From Spirochaetota bacterium (GTDB lineage Bacteria > Spirochaetota > Spirochaetia > Treponematales > UBA12059), in NCBI GenBank assembly GCA_029547205.1, contig JAKPPT010000068.1:41922-105921 (forward strand): a DNA stretch of 64,000 nt, written 5' to 3'. Below are positions 10,133 to 21,658 of the stretch, in pieces (within the stretch, counting starts at the first letter, position 1; every line of letters begins with the position of its first letter). The translations under genes were made by a program, and so were the position numbers. The notes beneath the pieces were generated by a model. The model was not told where the DNA came from, did no database searches, and was given only the letters and a program-made list of their open reading frames with translations.

Positions 10133-11836
10133 CTATTCAATAGATAATCCTCTCATAAACTTGAGATGTGACCATCCTCCCGATATATTTTTAACATGCT
10201 TGAATCCATGCTGCTTTAACATTCTTACAGCTAGATGACCTTCGAACCCTCCGACCGAAATACAGTAAATTGGCTTATCGCGAGGGATTTCATCTATCCT
10301 GTCACGCAGCTCATCAACAGGGATATGCAGGCTGTTTTTAATGTGTCCTTTTGCATATTCACCATAATTACGCACGTCCAGCCACAGTACTGCATCTGGA
10401 TTTTTTAACGATGTTTCTATTTCATCCATACTGATAACAGGACTGTATCCGGAAAGATTGTTTACAGCCATAAACGCAGCCATATTAAGAGGATCATTTG
10501 CAGATGAATATGGTGGCGCATACGCAAAATCGATTTCAGCCAAGTCGTATACAGTCAAGCCTGCATGCAATGCAACTGCGACCGCATCGATGCGTTTTTC
10601 TACACCTTGTTTGCCAAAAGCTTCAGCTCCAAGGAGACGTCCATTCTTTTCGTTGTACACCAATGTTAACAAAATATCTTCTGCACCAGGATAGTAACCT
10701 GCATGATTACCTTTAATGAGCGAAACTTCTCGTACAGGTAACCCTGCTCGCTTTGCTTGGGTAAAAGAAAGACCTGTACTCGCAAGTGTTGTATCAAATA
10801 TTTTGATAACAGAAGTTCCCAGGGCACCCTTATAGCTCATTGGAGTAAGCATGCTCATAGACTCTGGCATTGATTTTCCGCTATGCCATGCAAGCACAGC
10901 ATTTGTTGCAGCAATACGCCCCTGCCTGTTAGCAGGTCCTGCAAGCGGTATTCGTACTTTTGCATTTGAGATTTTTGATTCAATTTCGATCATGTCTCCT
11001 GCAGCCCAGATCCAAGGATCACTCGTTCTAAGGAATTCATCAACAGCAAGACCACCAGTCTTACCAATTTCAAGCCCAGCTTTTTGCGCTAGTTCAGTAT
11101 TCGGTTTAACACCAGCTGACACTAAGACAAGATCTGCTGGTATTGCTGTACCATTACCAAGGATAACTGCAGTATCGGTTATTTTTTTTACAACAGCATT
11201 TGTGTAAACAGCTGCGCCTCTTTCTTTGAACTGATCTTCGACATGCCTGCCATATACTGCATCGAGCTGTGGCATTACATGATCGAGTGCCTCGACAATG
11301 GTTACGGTAAGTCCTCGCTCAACAAACGCTTCAGCTGTTTCAAGTCCAATAAAACCGCCGCCAATCACTACTGCATTGCGAGGCGATTGTTCTTTGATAT
11401 GTTTAAGAATTTTATCCATATCAGGAATAGTCCAGAGCTTGAATACATGAGGAGCATCGATACCTTCAATGTTTGGGAAAACAGGAGTTCCTCCCTGAGC
11501 AAGCAGCAATACGTCATACGCCAGCGCCTGTTCGGTACTACCTTCTGCTGTTTTGGTATCAACTGTAACCTGCTTGCTGTTTCTATTCACCGCTATTGCT
11601 TCGGTATTGAGCATAACCTGAACACGGTAGCGGCTCATAAAGCCTTCTGGCGTTTGAACAAGCAGCTTACTTCGTTTTTCAATAGCCCCAGAAATATGAT
11701 AGGGCAAACCACAGTTAGCAAACGAAACATATGGACCGCGCTCTACAATAGTAATTTCAGCATGTTCATCAAGTCTTCTAATTCGTGCTGCAGCCGTAGC
11801 ACCTGCTGCTACACCGCCAATAATAAGTGCTTTCAT
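10133..11836 (-). CDS. CoA-disulfide reductase / NADH oxidase family flavoprotein with C-terminal rhodanese domain
   Basis: N-terminus MKALIIGGVAAGATAA (FAD fold); redox Cys in SFANCGLPY; C-terminal rhodanese with GGF...GH. Confidence 0.85.
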   Translation of the reverse strand: MKALIIGGVAAGATAAARIRRLDEHAEITIVERGPYVSFANCGLPYHISGAIEKRSKLLVQTPEGFMSRYRVQVMLNTEAIAVNRNSKQVTVDTKTAEGSTEQALAYDVLLLAQGGTPVFPNIEGIDAPHVFKLWTIPDMDKILKHIKEQSPRNAVVIGGGFIGLETAEAFVERGLTVTIVEALDHVMPQLDAVYGRHVEDQFKERGAAVYTNAVVKKITDTAVILGNGTAIPADLVLVSAGVKPNTELAQKAGLEIGKTGGLAVDEFLRTSDPWIWAAGDMIEIESKISNAKVRIPLAGPANRQGRIAATNAVLAWHSGKSMPESMSMLTPMSYKGALGTSVIKIFDTTLASTGLSFTQAKRAGLPVREVSLIKGNHAGYYPGAEDILLTLVYNEKNGRLLGAEAFGKQGVEKRIDAVAVALHAGLTVYDLAEIDFAYAPPYSSANDPLNMAAFMAVNNLSGYSPVISMDEIETSLKNPDAVLWLDVRNYGEYAKGHIKNSLHIPVDELRDRIDEIPRDKPIYCISVGGFEGHLAVRMLKQHGFKHVKNISGGWSHLKFMRGLSIE

Positions 11837-12025
11837 TGCATACTCCATAACAATCAGATATATTAAATATATATATATTTATTTATATAGTCAATATACT
11901 ATATATAAAAATCACTTTTACATGGTATCGCTTTATTAAATCGGTTAAACGTGCTACTATACATGCACCAATACTATTGATAGTTGTTGATTGATACATG
12001 AATCCTCTCAGATAAAGGACACAAT

Positions 12026-13579
12026 ATGCATAGACGTTCAAGCGGAATTTTGCTCCATATCACATCGCTTCCCGGCTCTCCAGGAATCGGTACAATTGGT
12101 AAGCCTGCGCATCGGTTTATCGACGCGCTTAAAAGAGCGGGACAGACCCTCTGGCAGATTTTACCGCTAGGACCAACCGGATATGGCGATTCACCCTATG
12201 CACCTTTTTCTAGCTTTGCAGGGAATGAAATACTCATAGATTGCCATGAACTTGCAGAAGCAGGTCTCTTACCAGATTCATCTCTGAGCGCATTAGACAG
12301 CCTGCCATCTCACACAGTAGACTACTGGGCTGTTAAACAGACTGTACTACCGCTCCTTACTCGTGCTGCTGAACGCTTTCTCGAACTGCACCCTGATGAT
12401 ACAGCATACCAGACATTTAAAGAGCAGCAGTGTTACTGGCTCGATGATTACACGGTATTCCGTTCTATTAAAAATTACCATGACGAAAAAGCACAACAGG
12501 AAGGTGCTGTCTCGACTTGGAACACATACTGGCCCATAGAACTCAGACAGCATACATCAAAAGCTGTTCTAGAGTGGAAAAAAGATCATGCTCATGAAAT
12601 TGAGGTTCTCAAGGTAATTCAGTTCTTTTTCTTTTCCCAGTGGGCAAAACTAAAACGCTATGCTAAGGAACAGGGAATTGCCATTATTGGCGATATTCCA
12701 ATATTTGTAGCTCTTGATTCTGCTGATGTGTGGTCCCATCCTGAACTTTTTAACCTCGACAAGAATTTTGCACCTATCACGGTTGCTGGAGTTCCTCCCG
12801 ATTACTTTAGTCCGACGGGACAGCTCTGGGGAAATCCTACATACCGATGGAGTGAACATAAAAAAACTAAGTTCACCTGGTGGATTGAACGGATGCGTAT
12901 CTCGATGGAGCTCTACGATTACGTTCGTATCGATCACTTCCGCGGGTTTGCAGGATACTGGTCTGTCCCCGCAGGGAACCCAACAGCTGAACATGGTGAA
13001 TGGTTACCAGCAGAAGGTGAGGCACTATTTAAAGAAATGGAACAGGTGCTCGGTAAACCACTCCCCATTATTGCAGAAGATCTTGGTGTCATTACCGATG
13101 ATGTTGTCGAGCTTATGGAAAATTTTAATTTCCCCGGCATGAAGGTATTGCAGTTTGCCTTTGATGGTCAACGGATTGACAATTTCTATGCAGGTACTAA
13201 CCAGTTCCTGCCACACAATTGTCCTATCCGTTCGGTGATGTATACGGGGACACATGACAATGATACCCTTCAAGGTAAATACAGCAAGGCTCCCGATTGG
13301 GAAAAAGCATGCATAGCAGAATACCTGGGGTATTGGCCAGAATCCTTTCCGCGAGCACTCATTCAGGAAGCATTAAAATCGGTATCTCAATTTGCTATAA
13401 TTCCTATGCAGGATATTCTTGAGCTCGGAAGTGATGCTCGCATGAATACACCTTCAGTGCTCGGAGGAAACTGGCTCTGGCGTATGCGTAGCGATGATTT
13501 TAATGAATCACGACAAACCTGGCTCAAAGCAGTGTCGCTACGATATGGCAGGAATCTTCCGGAAAACAATAGCAATTAG
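12026..13579 (+). CDS. malQ: 4-alpha-glucanotransferase (amylomaltase)
   Basis: SGILLHITSLPG...GIGTIG...WQILPLGPTGYGDSPY is the GH77 N-terminal signature; 517 aa. Confidence 0.9.
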   Translation: MHRRSSGILLHITSLPGSPGIGTIGKPAHRFIDALKRAGQTLWQILPLGPTGYGDSPYAPFSSFAGNEILIDCHELAEAGLLPDSSLSALDSLPSHTVDYWAVKQTVLPLLTRAAERFLELHPDDTAYQTFKEQQCYWLDDYTVFRSIKNYHDEKAQQEGAVSTWNTYWPIELRQHTSKAVLEWKKDHAHEIEVLKVIQFFFFSQWAKLKRYAKEQGIAIIGDIPIFVALDSADVWSHPELFNLDKNFAPITVAGVPPDYFSPTGQLWGNPTYRWSEHKKTKFTWWIERMRISMELYDYVRIDHFRGFAGYWSVPAGNPTAEHGEWLPAEGEALFKEMEQVLGKPLPIIAEDLGVITDDVVELMENFNFPGMKVLQFAFDGQRIDNFYAGTNQFLPHNCPIRSVMYTGTHDNDTLQGKYSKAPDWEKACIAEYLGYWPESFPRALIQEALKSVSQFAIIPMQDILELGSDARMNTPSVLGGNWLWRMRSDDFNESRQTWLKAVSLRYGRNLPENNSN

Positions 13580-13627
13580 CCACTTTCACAAGGTTCGTTG
13601 CATTACTGACAGCTAGAGGAATGGTAC

Positions 13628-14584
13628 ATGAACACTTCAAAACTCACAGACATGTTTTCAGGCACAATGGAAATCAGAGAGCATGAGCCGATGAAATTGC
13701 ATACAACAATTCGTATCGGTGGTCCTGCTGATATTTTTTGCACGCCTCCCTCTATTGAAACCTTTTGTGCATTGCTTTCATTTTGTATACAGGAAAACAT
13801 TCCATACTTTATTCTGGGGGGAGGCGCAAACCTGCTTGTTGGCGACAGGGGTATTCGTGGCGTTGTTATCAGCACGGAACTGCTTACGCGCTACAGTATT
13901 ACCGCTGCTCCTCCAAATGCATCAGCGGAACCACGCAATGCAATAGTCTGTGCAGAAGCTGGTCTTTCAATTGCTCGGTTAGCAGAAAACCTCGCTCATG
14001 AAAGTTGGTCAGGGTTTGAGTTTTCAGCATCACTTCCCGGAACGGTAGGTGGTGCTGTATACATGAATGCCCGCTGTTACAATCATGAAATTGCAGATGT
14101 TCTCACTCGCATTCATTTTTTTAATCCAAAGACATTCGCAACCTGTTCTATTGAACGGAGTCAACATTCATGGGAATATAAAAAGACGCCTTTTATGCCT
14201 GGTGGAGCCTATGAGTCATCCATAATCCTTAAAGCTGAATTTTTAGTAACACAAAAAAACGAGAGCGAAATTCTAAAGGAAATGGAACACTACACAGCAG
14301 ATCGTATTGCAAAAGGTCATTTTGATTATCCATCTGCAGGCAGCATGTTTAAAAACAATCGTGCTTTCGGAAAACCAACAGGCATGATTCTTGATGAACT
14401 CAATTTTCGCGGAAAGCGTATTGGCGATGCAATGGTGTCTCCAAAGCACGCTAATATTTTTGTAAATGCAGGCAATGCTTCGGCACGTGATATGCGCGCA
14501 TTGATTGAGCTTGCTCAAACTGAAGCATTACAACAGTTTGGGTTTTCCCTTGAGCCCGAAGTGGTGTTTGCAGGTGAATTCTAA
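13628..14584 (+). CDS. murB: UDP-N-acetylenolpyruvoylglucosamine reductase
   Basis: FAD-binding PCMH-type region (TTIRIGGPAD, ILGGGANLL) and a MurB C-terminal domain. Confidence 0.8.
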   Translation: MNTSKLTDMFSGTMEIREHEPMKLHTTIRIGGPADIFCTPPSIETFCALLSFCIQENIPYFILGGGANLLVGDRGIRGVVISTELLTRYSITAAPPNASAEPRNAIVCAEAGLSIARLAENLAHESWSGFEFSASLPGTVGGAVYMNARCYNHEIADVLTRIHFFNPKTFATCSIERSQHSWEYKKTPFMPGGAYESSIILKAEFLVTQKNESEILKEMEHYTADRIAKGHFDYPSAGSMFKNNRAFGKPTGMILDELNFRGKRIGDAMVSPKHANIFVNAGNASARDMRALIELAQTEALQQFGFSLEPEVVFAGEF

Positions 14585-14676
14585 CGAACACGCACAGACA
14601 ACCATGAGCAGCTACACATATGGACCCACGGTTGTCTGAAACACTAGTGCAAGCTCCTGTTGTTTAATACAAACTC

Positions 14677-15573
14677 CTATTTTTTTTCTGGCTCATGTTT
14701 AGTCATACCAACAAGTCTAAACAGCTTTCTCAGTAAGCCGATTTTTCCAAACAACAGCCACCAGAACAGAAGTACAACGACAAGCAGTGGAATACCGTAT
14801 AACAATATTGCCACAATAATCACTGCAAAACTCTGTATGCCGGAACCAAAACCTATAAAAAGATCCCGCAACCGCTCCCAGAGCGTAGGCTTTGATGCAC
14901 TCGATTTTATTTCCGATTCAATTGTCAGTGTTACCGTTGCATAGTCTACCTGCTTCACAAGCCCCTTAAAACTCCCCTCAAGACTCTCAAGTTCTGCTGT
15001 GGCATCATTCAAAAAGCGCTCGATATTTAATAGATCTTCAACATTTTTTGCACTCTTAAGGTAAGTCTGGTATCGCTCTACAAGGATCCGTTTATTTTTT
15101 ACCCTATTCTCTAAGTCATAGTAGTAATCAGTTACATCTTGAGCCTGTAATGTTTGCCTTCTTATTTTTCCTAAATTGGGCAAAAGATCCATAAAACGAT
15201 TGAGATTTTCAACAGGAACCCGGATTTCATATGTTATACCATCTTCCCATATATCCTGACTTGCAACATATCCACCAAAATTTGCAAGCTCAGTGTTAAG
15301 AATTTTTACAATATCATTTGGTTTTGTTACAACTATTTCTACAGAAGCAGTATAGATGAGTTTTCTCCCTGCTGGCACCTGTATGTTGCTACTAGCAGCT
15401 GCAGCCTGAGCAGACTCCTTTATGGGAGACATTGCTGGCGCTTCAGAAACGCTTTTATTCATAACTGAATCTGATCGTGAAAAACTTTGCAAAGGAGCGC
15501 TTTTCGAGCAACCAAAAACAGAGAGCGTGAATATGGCAAACAGCGCTATAAAAACCTGCCACTGATTTTTCAT
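14677..15573 (-). CDS. Lipoprotein, DUF4349-like (coiled-coil plus C-terminal TM)
   Basis: Lipobox FGCS; C-terminal hydrophobic stretch LLVVVLLFWWLLF. Confidence 0.55.
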   Translation of the reverse strand: MKNQWQVFIALFAIFTLSVFGCSKSAPLQSFSRSDSVMNKSVSEAPAMSPIKESAQAAAASSNIQVPAGRKLIYTASVEIVVTKPNDIVKILNTELANFGGYVASQDIWEDGITYEIRVPVENLNRFMDLLPNLGKIRRQTLQAQDVTDYYYDLENRVKNKRILVERYQTYLKSAKNVEDLLNIERFLNDATAELESLEGSFKGLVKQVDYATVTLTIESEIKSSASKPTLWERLRDLFIGFGSGIQSFAVIIVAILLYGIPLLVVVLLFWWLLFGKIGLLRKLFRLVGMTKHEPEKK

Positions 15574-15630
15574 ACTATACCTCCAGAATCAGCAAATAAT
15601 AGATTTCTGTAAATCCGGTGTCATGTGTAT

Positions 15631-16497
15631 CTATTCATTGATATAGCCAAGGCCAGGCACCAGTCTCGTTCTATTTACAGTTAAATCTACTGCTTTATCA
15701 AAAGAATTTCCAGAATCTTTTTGTATGTTTTCATTTTCTTCTGTATTATTGTAATAGCCAACATACCACAAAAAAAGACCATGTGCTGGCGCTGTTGTTC
15801 CTGCCTCCTCTCTATTTTTACTTAAAAGAATTTTTTTAAACATATCAGGTTCTGCATTATTCTTATCAAGTTCGATTAAAGTACCAACAAGAGAGCGCAC
15901 CATTCTCCAGAGAAAAGCATTTGCTGCTATATCAAAAACAAGAGCTTCACCTTCATAATAAAAACAGGCATGGTACAAATAGCGGAATTTATGCGGGCTT
16001 TTATCTTTTGCACTTGCAAAGGCAGAGCAATCGAGCTCACCTTTTAAACAGGAAGCCATTGCATTAAGCCTGTTGATGTCAGGATAGTGGAATATTCGCC
16101 AGGCATACCTATCCTCAAACGGATATGGCGTATCTCCAGGTCTAATAAAATATTTATAACGTCTGTACCGTGCATCAAAACGAGCATGAAAATTATGCGG
16201 CATTTCTTCCGCACAAATAATGCGAATATCGCGTGGCAAGAGTTTATTGAGTGCCAGTTTGAACTTATCTGCGGGAATGCTTGCAATATCAGTATGGAAA
16301 TGCGCAACCTGTCCTCGAGCATGAACACCGCTATCAGTTCTTCCTGCTCCAATAACAGTAATATCATGACCGTGCATTTTTGAGAGTGCTCGTTCAAGTT
16401 CTCCCTGTACCGAACGAAAACCGTTCTGACACTGCCATCCAGCGAAATCAGTACCATCGTATGCTAATGTGAGTTTTATGCATCTATTCCTCATCAT
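15631..16497 (-). CDS. truA: tRNA pseudouridine(38-40) synthase
   Basis: LTLAYDGTDFAGWQ and GAGRTDSGVHA (catalytic Asp motif). Confidence 0.9.
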   Translation of the reverse strand: MMRNRCIKLTLAYDGTDFAGWQCQNGFRSVQGELERALSKMHGHDITVIGAGRTDSGVHARGQVAHFHTDIASIPADKFKLALNKLLPRDIRIICAEEMPHNFHARFDARYRRYKYFIRPGDTPYPFEDRYAWRIFHYPDINRLNAMASCLKGELDCSAFASAKDKSPHKFRYLYHACFYYEGEALVFDIAANAFLWRMVRSLVGTLIELDKNNAEPDMFKKILLSKNREEAGTTAPAHGLFLWYVGYYNNTEENENIQKDSGNSFDKAVDLTVNRTRLVPGLGYINE

Positions 16498-17362
16498 CAG
16501 CTTGATCCTTTAATTCTTTTTTTATCATTTCATACAGTTCACGGGCTTTATCAAGTAGCGGCCCGGGTTTTGATTTAGTTTTTTTACCAACACCAAACAT
16601 GCGCGCTACAGCATTTTTTCTTGCATTAAGTTCTTTGATACGATATTCCATATTATCTCGGGGACCATATTTGAGTTCAAGAATTGCTGACATGTAAATT
16701 ACACCCTCATGACCGTAGTTTTTATCTATATCAGGACCAAGGTTTCTTACTGTTGATGAATATGGTTCTTTCCCGCTCTGTTCAAGTTCAAGCGCCAATT
16801 TATAAAAAAAGCGCGCTTTATGGTAAAAGAGATCGGCTACATAATCCCAGTGTTCATCAGGATACTTTTTATGCAAATCTGAACTAATCCATGCAGCACG
16901 AATCGATGCTATTGCACGCTTTATGGTTGGAGCGAATTCTTTTGGAAAAAATTCATAACACTGCAACGCAAGAAAGTAGCTTGCCAATCCTTCTTTTATG
17001 GTTCGTGGTTCCTGAAAATCAACATGTTCAAATAGCTGCTGAATACTTTCTACTCGTTCCTGAAAATGATCCTGCAGAATCTTAGCAAGTTTTTTACCAG
17101 CAGGTAAAAAATCACTGCGAAATGCTGCATAAAAACAATGGGGACAGACATCTATTTCGTAAATAAGTGGTATAACCTCACCATAAGCAGCTGTAGGTTT
17201 ATACAATCTATGCAATTCATCGGTAAGGTCATGAACATTAATTCTTCCGGAAAATAATTCTTCACGTTTGAATGATCCATCACACACAGGACACTGGATA
17301 AGGTCTTTTGATAAAAAGGTTATCTTAGCAGGTTTTTTTTCGGGCTTGTTTTGAACCTTCAT
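16484..17362 (-). CDS. Zn-ribbon/DUF2225-like conserved hypothetical protein
   Basis: CPVC...CPHC zinc-ribbon followed by a helical region; 292 aa. Confidence 0.5.
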   Translation of the reverse strand: MKVQNKPEKKPAKITFLSKDLIQCPVCDGSFKREELFSGRINVHDLTDELHRLYKPTAAYGEVIPLIYEIDVCPHCFYAAFRSDFLPAGKKLAKILQDHFQERVESIQQLFEHVDFQEPRTIKEGLASYFLALQCYEFFPKEFAPTIKRAIASIRAAWISSDLHKKYPDEHWDYVADLFYHKARFFYKLALELEQSGKEPYSSTVRNLGPDIDKNYGHEGVIYMSAILELKYGPRDNMEYRIKELNARKNAVARMFGVGKKTKSKPGPLLDKARELYEMIKKELKDQADDEE

Positions 17363-17734
17363 TTAAGCCTCCAGAATTACAATTGCTATTGCGTTATCGC
17401 TTTCATGCGTCATAGAAAGATGGATTCGTTTTGCTCCTGATTTTTCAAAAGCCATTAAAGCCGAATTAACTACCAATAACTCCGGTTTCCCCACGCTGTT
17501 GTTTCTTACCAAAATATCTTTTAGTGCTATACCTTTTAGCCCTGTCCCCAGAGCTTTACCAAACGCTTCTTTTGCAGCAAAGCGAGCTGCTAAAGATAGA
17601 GCAGCACTTTTTCCCCGGGAAAGCGATGCAGTTATTTCTTCCTCATGGAAAAAGCGTTCCATGAGTTTTTTATTGGTTAACCAGCGCTCGAGTCTACTTA
17701 CATGCACTACATCTATACCCGTACCTATTATCAT
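17363..17734 (-). CDS. acpS: Holo-[acyl-carrier-protein] synthase
   Basis: MIIGTGIDVVHVSRLE N-terminus; 123 aa. Confidence 0.85.
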   Translation of the reverse strand: MIIGTGIDVVHVSRLERWLTNKKLMERFFHEEEITASLSRGKSAALSLAARFAAKEAFGKALGTGLKGIALKDILVRNNSVGKPELLVVNSALMAFEKSGAKRIHLSMTHESDNAIAIVILEA

Positions 17735-18720
17735 TATTGTACTTTCTTTTTTATTACCCGCACTGTAATATTTGAAGGTAAAATCGATACCACTCGTACC
17801 GAAGAAGGAAATTTTGTTTCTATTGCAACAGAATATACCCCTTGCTGATCTATATCAGTAAGATTTATGGTTACCATATTACTTTCTAATATCAGTGATT
17901 CAACATCCTGCCGTAAACCAGAAACCTTTAAAGTTACCTGAGGGATATCTCCAGCAATCTCAAGTGAATCACTAAGACCATGTATAGTAACCGGTATATC
18001 CTGAAATGTTTTATACACTATGATTTTTTTTACTTCCCATAGTACCATAACACCCTGGTTATTAAGTATTTGAACAGTTTCTTTAGGTGAATTTAATTTA
18101 GCTCGGTAACTATATACACCTTCCTGTAATGTTGTCACAATTGACTCAGTTTCAATTTTAGTAACAGCATCAGCAAGTGCAGCAGGACAAGTTATCTCAA
18201 CCTCTTCTGGCTGCAACCGGATATTTATGACTTCATAATTTTCAGGCATTTCAGAACCAAATACAGGTACAACAGGTACTTTTTTTGTTATTTTTTTATC
18301 CAGCTGGGCCTCAACATCGAGAGGATACAAGGTATATTCAAGAAAGCTGGCTGCTAAAGCACTACCTTTTTTTTCAATTCGAATGGGCACCCTGTATGTC
18401 CCGGGTATGGTATATGAAGAAAGATTTACATATGCACTGATATCGTCTTCTGGAATTGAATAAATCACATTAGACTCACCTTTAAGCGTTACACGAACAG
18501 TAGCAGGAAGAGGATTTACGAGTGCGAGTGTATCAGCAATGCTATGTTCAAGCGGTATGATAAGCACACGGGTATCGTACTTACTTACATTATACAAATA
18601 AAAAAGCAGTGCTGCAGCAATAAGACTAATAATTTTAGGGACCCAATTATCAAATATTTTTGCCAGCTTATTCTGCTTCATATATTTCCTCTTCTGAAAC
18701 CGCGAGGTCTCTATCTTCAA
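17734..18720 (-). CDS. cdaR: YbbR-domain protein, regulator of diadenylate cyclase
   Basis: N-terminal TM followed by repeated YbbR-like beta domains, immediately downstream of cdaA. The true start is possibly the internal MKQNKL (18681). Confidence 0.7.
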   Translation of the reverse strand: MKIETSRFQKRKYMKQNKLAKIFDNWVPKIISLIAAALLFYLYNVSKYDTRVLIIPLEHSIADTLALVNPLPATVRVTLKGESNVIYSIPEDDISAYVNLSSYTIPGTYRVPIRIEKKGSALAASFLEYTLYPLDVEAQLDKKITKKVPVVPVFGSEMPENYEVINIRLQPEEVEITCPAALADAVTKIETESIVTTLQEGVYSYRAKLNSPKETVQILNNQGVMVLWEVKKIIVYKTFQDIPVTIHGLSDSLEIAGDIPQVTLKVSGLRQDVESLILESNMVTINLTDIDQQGVYSVAIETKFPSSVRVVSILPSNITVRVIKKKVQ

Positions 18721-19471
18721 TAAGCTGCATGAGCCTCTTCTTTACTGTAGCAACTGAAAGGTTATAAAATAACTTTGATTCATACGCAAGAGATAGAGCT
18801 CCCGTTTCCTCGGAAACAATTAGTATTACAGCATCGGATACTTCCGACAAACCAAGCGCTACTCGATGCCGTGACCCAAAACTTCTTTTAATATCCTGCT
18901 GCTCCGAAACTGGTAAAAAACAGCCAGCTGCAAGAATTCTGTCACCTTTAATAACGACAGCACCATCATGGAGGGGTGTATTATATTCAAAAATGGAAAG
19001 CAGCAACGAGGACGAAAGCATACCATCGATTTTTGTACCCTTTTCAATGATATCATTGAGACTGATATACCGCTGAAACACTATGAGGGCGCCTCGCCGC
19101 TTTTGAGCCAATATCTCAGCAGCATTGAGAACAACATCAAACCTGGTTGTTTTTTGCTGCCCCTGTCTTCTAAACAGAGCTCCCTGACCGAGCCTGATAA
19201 AAACTTTGCGTAGCTCAGGTTGAAAAATAATTGCCAGTGCAATAACAATACCTGGAGCAAGCAGGTTAAGTATCCATAAAAGTGTTGAGAGCTGCATTAC
19301 ATACGCGACAACCCAGATGAGTGCAAGAAAAATAGTACCGCGAGCTAGCTGAATTGCTTGTGTCCGTGTTAAAAGCCTGTACAATTGATAGATGAGAACA
19401 GCTAAGATGATGATGTCTGCGGCGGGTGCAATATATGTTTTATAAAATGCCAGTAAGCTCGAAATATTCAT
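18668..19471 (-). CDS. cdaA: Diadenylate cyclase (c-di-AMP synthase)
   Basis: Three N-terminal TM helices plus a DAC domain (LHDGAVVIKGDRILAAGCFLP, RHRVALGLSE). Confidence 0.9.
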   Translation of the reverse strand: MNISSLLAFYKTYIAPAADIIILAVLIYQLYRLLTRTQAIQLARGTIFLALIWVVAYVMQLSTLLWILNLLAPGIVIALAIIFQPELRKVFIRLGQGALFRRQGQQKTTRFDVVLNAAEILAQKRRGALIVFQRYISLNDIIEKGTKIDGMLSSSLLLSIFEYNTPLHDGAVVIKGDRILAAGCFLPVSEQQDIKRSFGSRHRVALGLSEVSDAVILIVSEETGALSLAYESKLFYNLSVATVKKRLMQLIEDRDLAVSEEEIYEAE

Positions 19472-19543
19472 GGTGTTTACAAGTGTACCATAATTTTGAG
19501 TAAAACAATAGTGCTGAATTCCCGGAAAGAAGATCAGAGAAGC

Positions 19544-19628
19544 GAGATTGTCGATAGTGTCACGAAAATTGTGGAGATAATGTTATGCACAAGCTTCATG
19601 ACACAAGGCATTCTTTTTACAAGCTTCA
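19544..19628. repeat. Three copies of the same repeat family in the cdaA-folP intergenic region (one reverse, two direct)
   Basis: 19544-19558 reverse (TTCGTGACACTAT), 19578-19597 (CACAAGCTTCATGACACAAG), 19608-19628 (TACAAGCTTCATAGCACTAAG). Confidence 0.85.
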
Positions 19629-19649
19629 TAGCACTAAGTTTAGCATGCA

Positions 19650-20513
19650 TTAGGACTTATATACCCCTTTGAACGCAAGATACACTTTGAGCGCATCAAC
19701 AGTTTCTGCCACATCATGCACGCGTATGATTGCAGCACCATGTTCAGCTGCCCAGCAGGCTGCCCCGAGCGATCCAGGAAGTCTACCATGAGGGTCTTTT
19801 CCGGTAATCGCACCTATCGTGCTTTTTCGAGAAATACCGATAAGTACTGGGTATCCCGTTGCAACGAAATCAGGGATATGCTGCATGAGTGCAATGTTAT
19901 CATCCAGACGTTTGCCAAATCCAATTCCAGGATCAATGACAATAGCATCTCGTACAATCCCATGAGCTTCTGCATTCTGAGCTGCAGTAAGCAACGACTG
20001 CAAAACTTCTCGAACGCAATCTTCATAATAAGGCTTATCCTGCATGGTAGCAGGAATACCTTTTTTATGCATAAGAATTACCGGTACGTTATAGCGAGCG
20101 CACACCGTTGCCAGTTCGGGATCTTCTCCCAGTGCAGATATATCATTCACTATATCAGCCCCTGCGCGCAGAGCTTCTTCGGCAACAACAGATTTTCGGG
20201 TATCAATTGATATTGGTATATCCCAGCGGGAACGGACAGCTTCAATTGCTGGTATAACTCGTGCCAATTCCGTATCAGCATCAACGTATTCTGCACCAGG
20301 TCGTGATGATTCACCGCCTATATCAAGAATAGCTGCACCGCTCGAAATCATCGATGCAGCAGCATCTACTATGGAAGCTGGTGTAACGCGGCTGCCATCA
20401 AAGAAAGAATCAGGAGTAACGTTCAATATACCCATAATGGCAGGAAACCCCTGCAGTTCTAAAACTCTATTGCGTGGCAGTCGCAGATACCGTGTATTTA
20501 TGGTCGTTTTCAT
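19650..20513 (-). CDS. folP: Dihydropteroate synthase
   Basis: [13 protein letters not shown] and [13 protein letters not shown] motifs. Confidence 0.9.
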   Translation of the reverse strand: MKTTINTRYLRLPRNRVLELQGFPAIMGILNVTPDSFFDGSRVTPASIVDAAASMISSGAAILDIGGESSRPGAEYVDADTELARVIPAIEAVRSRWDIPISIDTRKSVVAEEALRAGADIVNDISALGEDPELATVCARYNVPVILMHKKGIPATMQDKPYYEDCVREVLQSLLTAAQNAEAHGIVRDAIVIDPGIGFGKRLDDNIALMQHIPDFVATGYPVLIGISRKSTIGAITGKDPHGRLPGSLGAACWAAEHGAAIIRVHDVAETVDALKVYLAFKGVYKS

Positions 20514-21658
20514 TGATTTCGTAACTCAGAAAGAGGAATGGGTTGAGGTTCTTTGTTTTCACCTTCTGCCACAAGAAATGCTTCAAGCAAATCTCTGCCT
20601 TTTTTGCTGACTGTTTGAGGCACAGTGGTAATTATTTTAATGTACAAATCACCGCGGTGTTTGCCACCATTTATTGGAACTCCTTCACCACGAATACGCA
20701 ACAGTTTACCATGCTGGGTGCCTGCAGGAATTTCAACTCGTATATGTTTCTTATCGATAGTTGTTATTGTAACTTCTCCGCCCAGAGCTGCCCGCATCGC
20801 AGAAACGGGAACCGCACAGTAGAGATCGGAACCATTTCGTTCAAAATATTGATGCGGTCTAACATGTACAACAACATAGAGATCACCAGCCGGTCCGTTA
20901 TTCGGACCCATATCTCCCTGACCGGCTACTGTGACTTTACGGTTATCATCAATACCAGCAGGTATGGTAATTTCTATAGTCTGTTTGCGCTTAACAAGAC
21001 CAGTTCCAGAACATGTTTTACACGGTTTCTCGACAATAAAACCATCGCCACCACATTGTGGACAGGTACTTGCAATGGAAAAGAATCCGGTATTTCGCCG
21101 TACCTGGCCTACACCCTGACAGGTTGGACACGTTTTTCGTCCTGACCCGCTTGCAGAACCTGTACCACCACAGTCGCGGCAATGTTCATTGCGATTATAC
21201 TGGATCTGCACTTTTGTACCAAAAACTGCCTGCTCGAATGTGATTTCGAGATCATAGCGGATGTTAGAACCGCGCTGAGGCTCATTCGCATAATGCTGAC
21301 GTCGTGAACGAGTACCGCCACCGCCAAATAGATTATCAAATATGGAACTGAAGTCACCAAAACCAGAGAAAAGGTCTTCAAAATCTCTGTAGATGTTAGA
21401 AAAGTCCTGAGCTCCCTGTCCTCCAGCCATTCCGTCAACACCAGCAAAACCAAACTGATCATATGCAGCGCGCTTCTGGTCATCGGATAGTATTTCGTAA
21501 GCTTCTGTAGCTTCCTTAAACCGCTCTTCTGCAGTTTTATCGCCGGGGTTTTTATCGGGATGATACTGGATTGCCATTTTTCTATAGGCTTTTTTAATAT
21601 CATCCTTGCTTGCGTTTTTAGGTATGCCCAGTACCTCGTAATAATCCCTTTTTGCCAC
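20510..21658 (-). CDS. dnaJ: Chaperone DnaJ
   Basis: J-domain DYYEVLGI...HPDKN; four CxxCxGxG repeats. A GTG start with an AGGAAACC RBS is preferred over the upstream ATG at 21733. Confidence 0.9.
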   Translation of the reverse strand: MAKRDYYEVLGIPKNASKDDIKKAYRKMAIQYHPDKNPGDKTAEERFKEATEAYEILSDDQKRAAYDQFGFAGVDGMAGGQGAQDFSNIYRDFEDLFSGFGDFSSIFDNLFGGGGTRSRRQHYANEPQRGSNIRYDLEITFEQAVFGTKVQIQYNRNEHCRDCGGTGSASGSGRKTCPTCQGVGQVRRNTGFFSIASTCPQCGGDGFIVEKPCKTCSGTGLVKRKQTIEITIPAGIDDNRKVTVAGQGDMGPNNGPAGDLYVVVHVRPHQYFERNGSDLYCAVPVSAMRAALGGEVTITTIDKKHIRVEIPAGTQHGKLLRIRGEGVPINGGKHRGDLYIKIITTVPQTVSKKGRDLLEAFLVAEGENKEPQPIPLSELRNQ

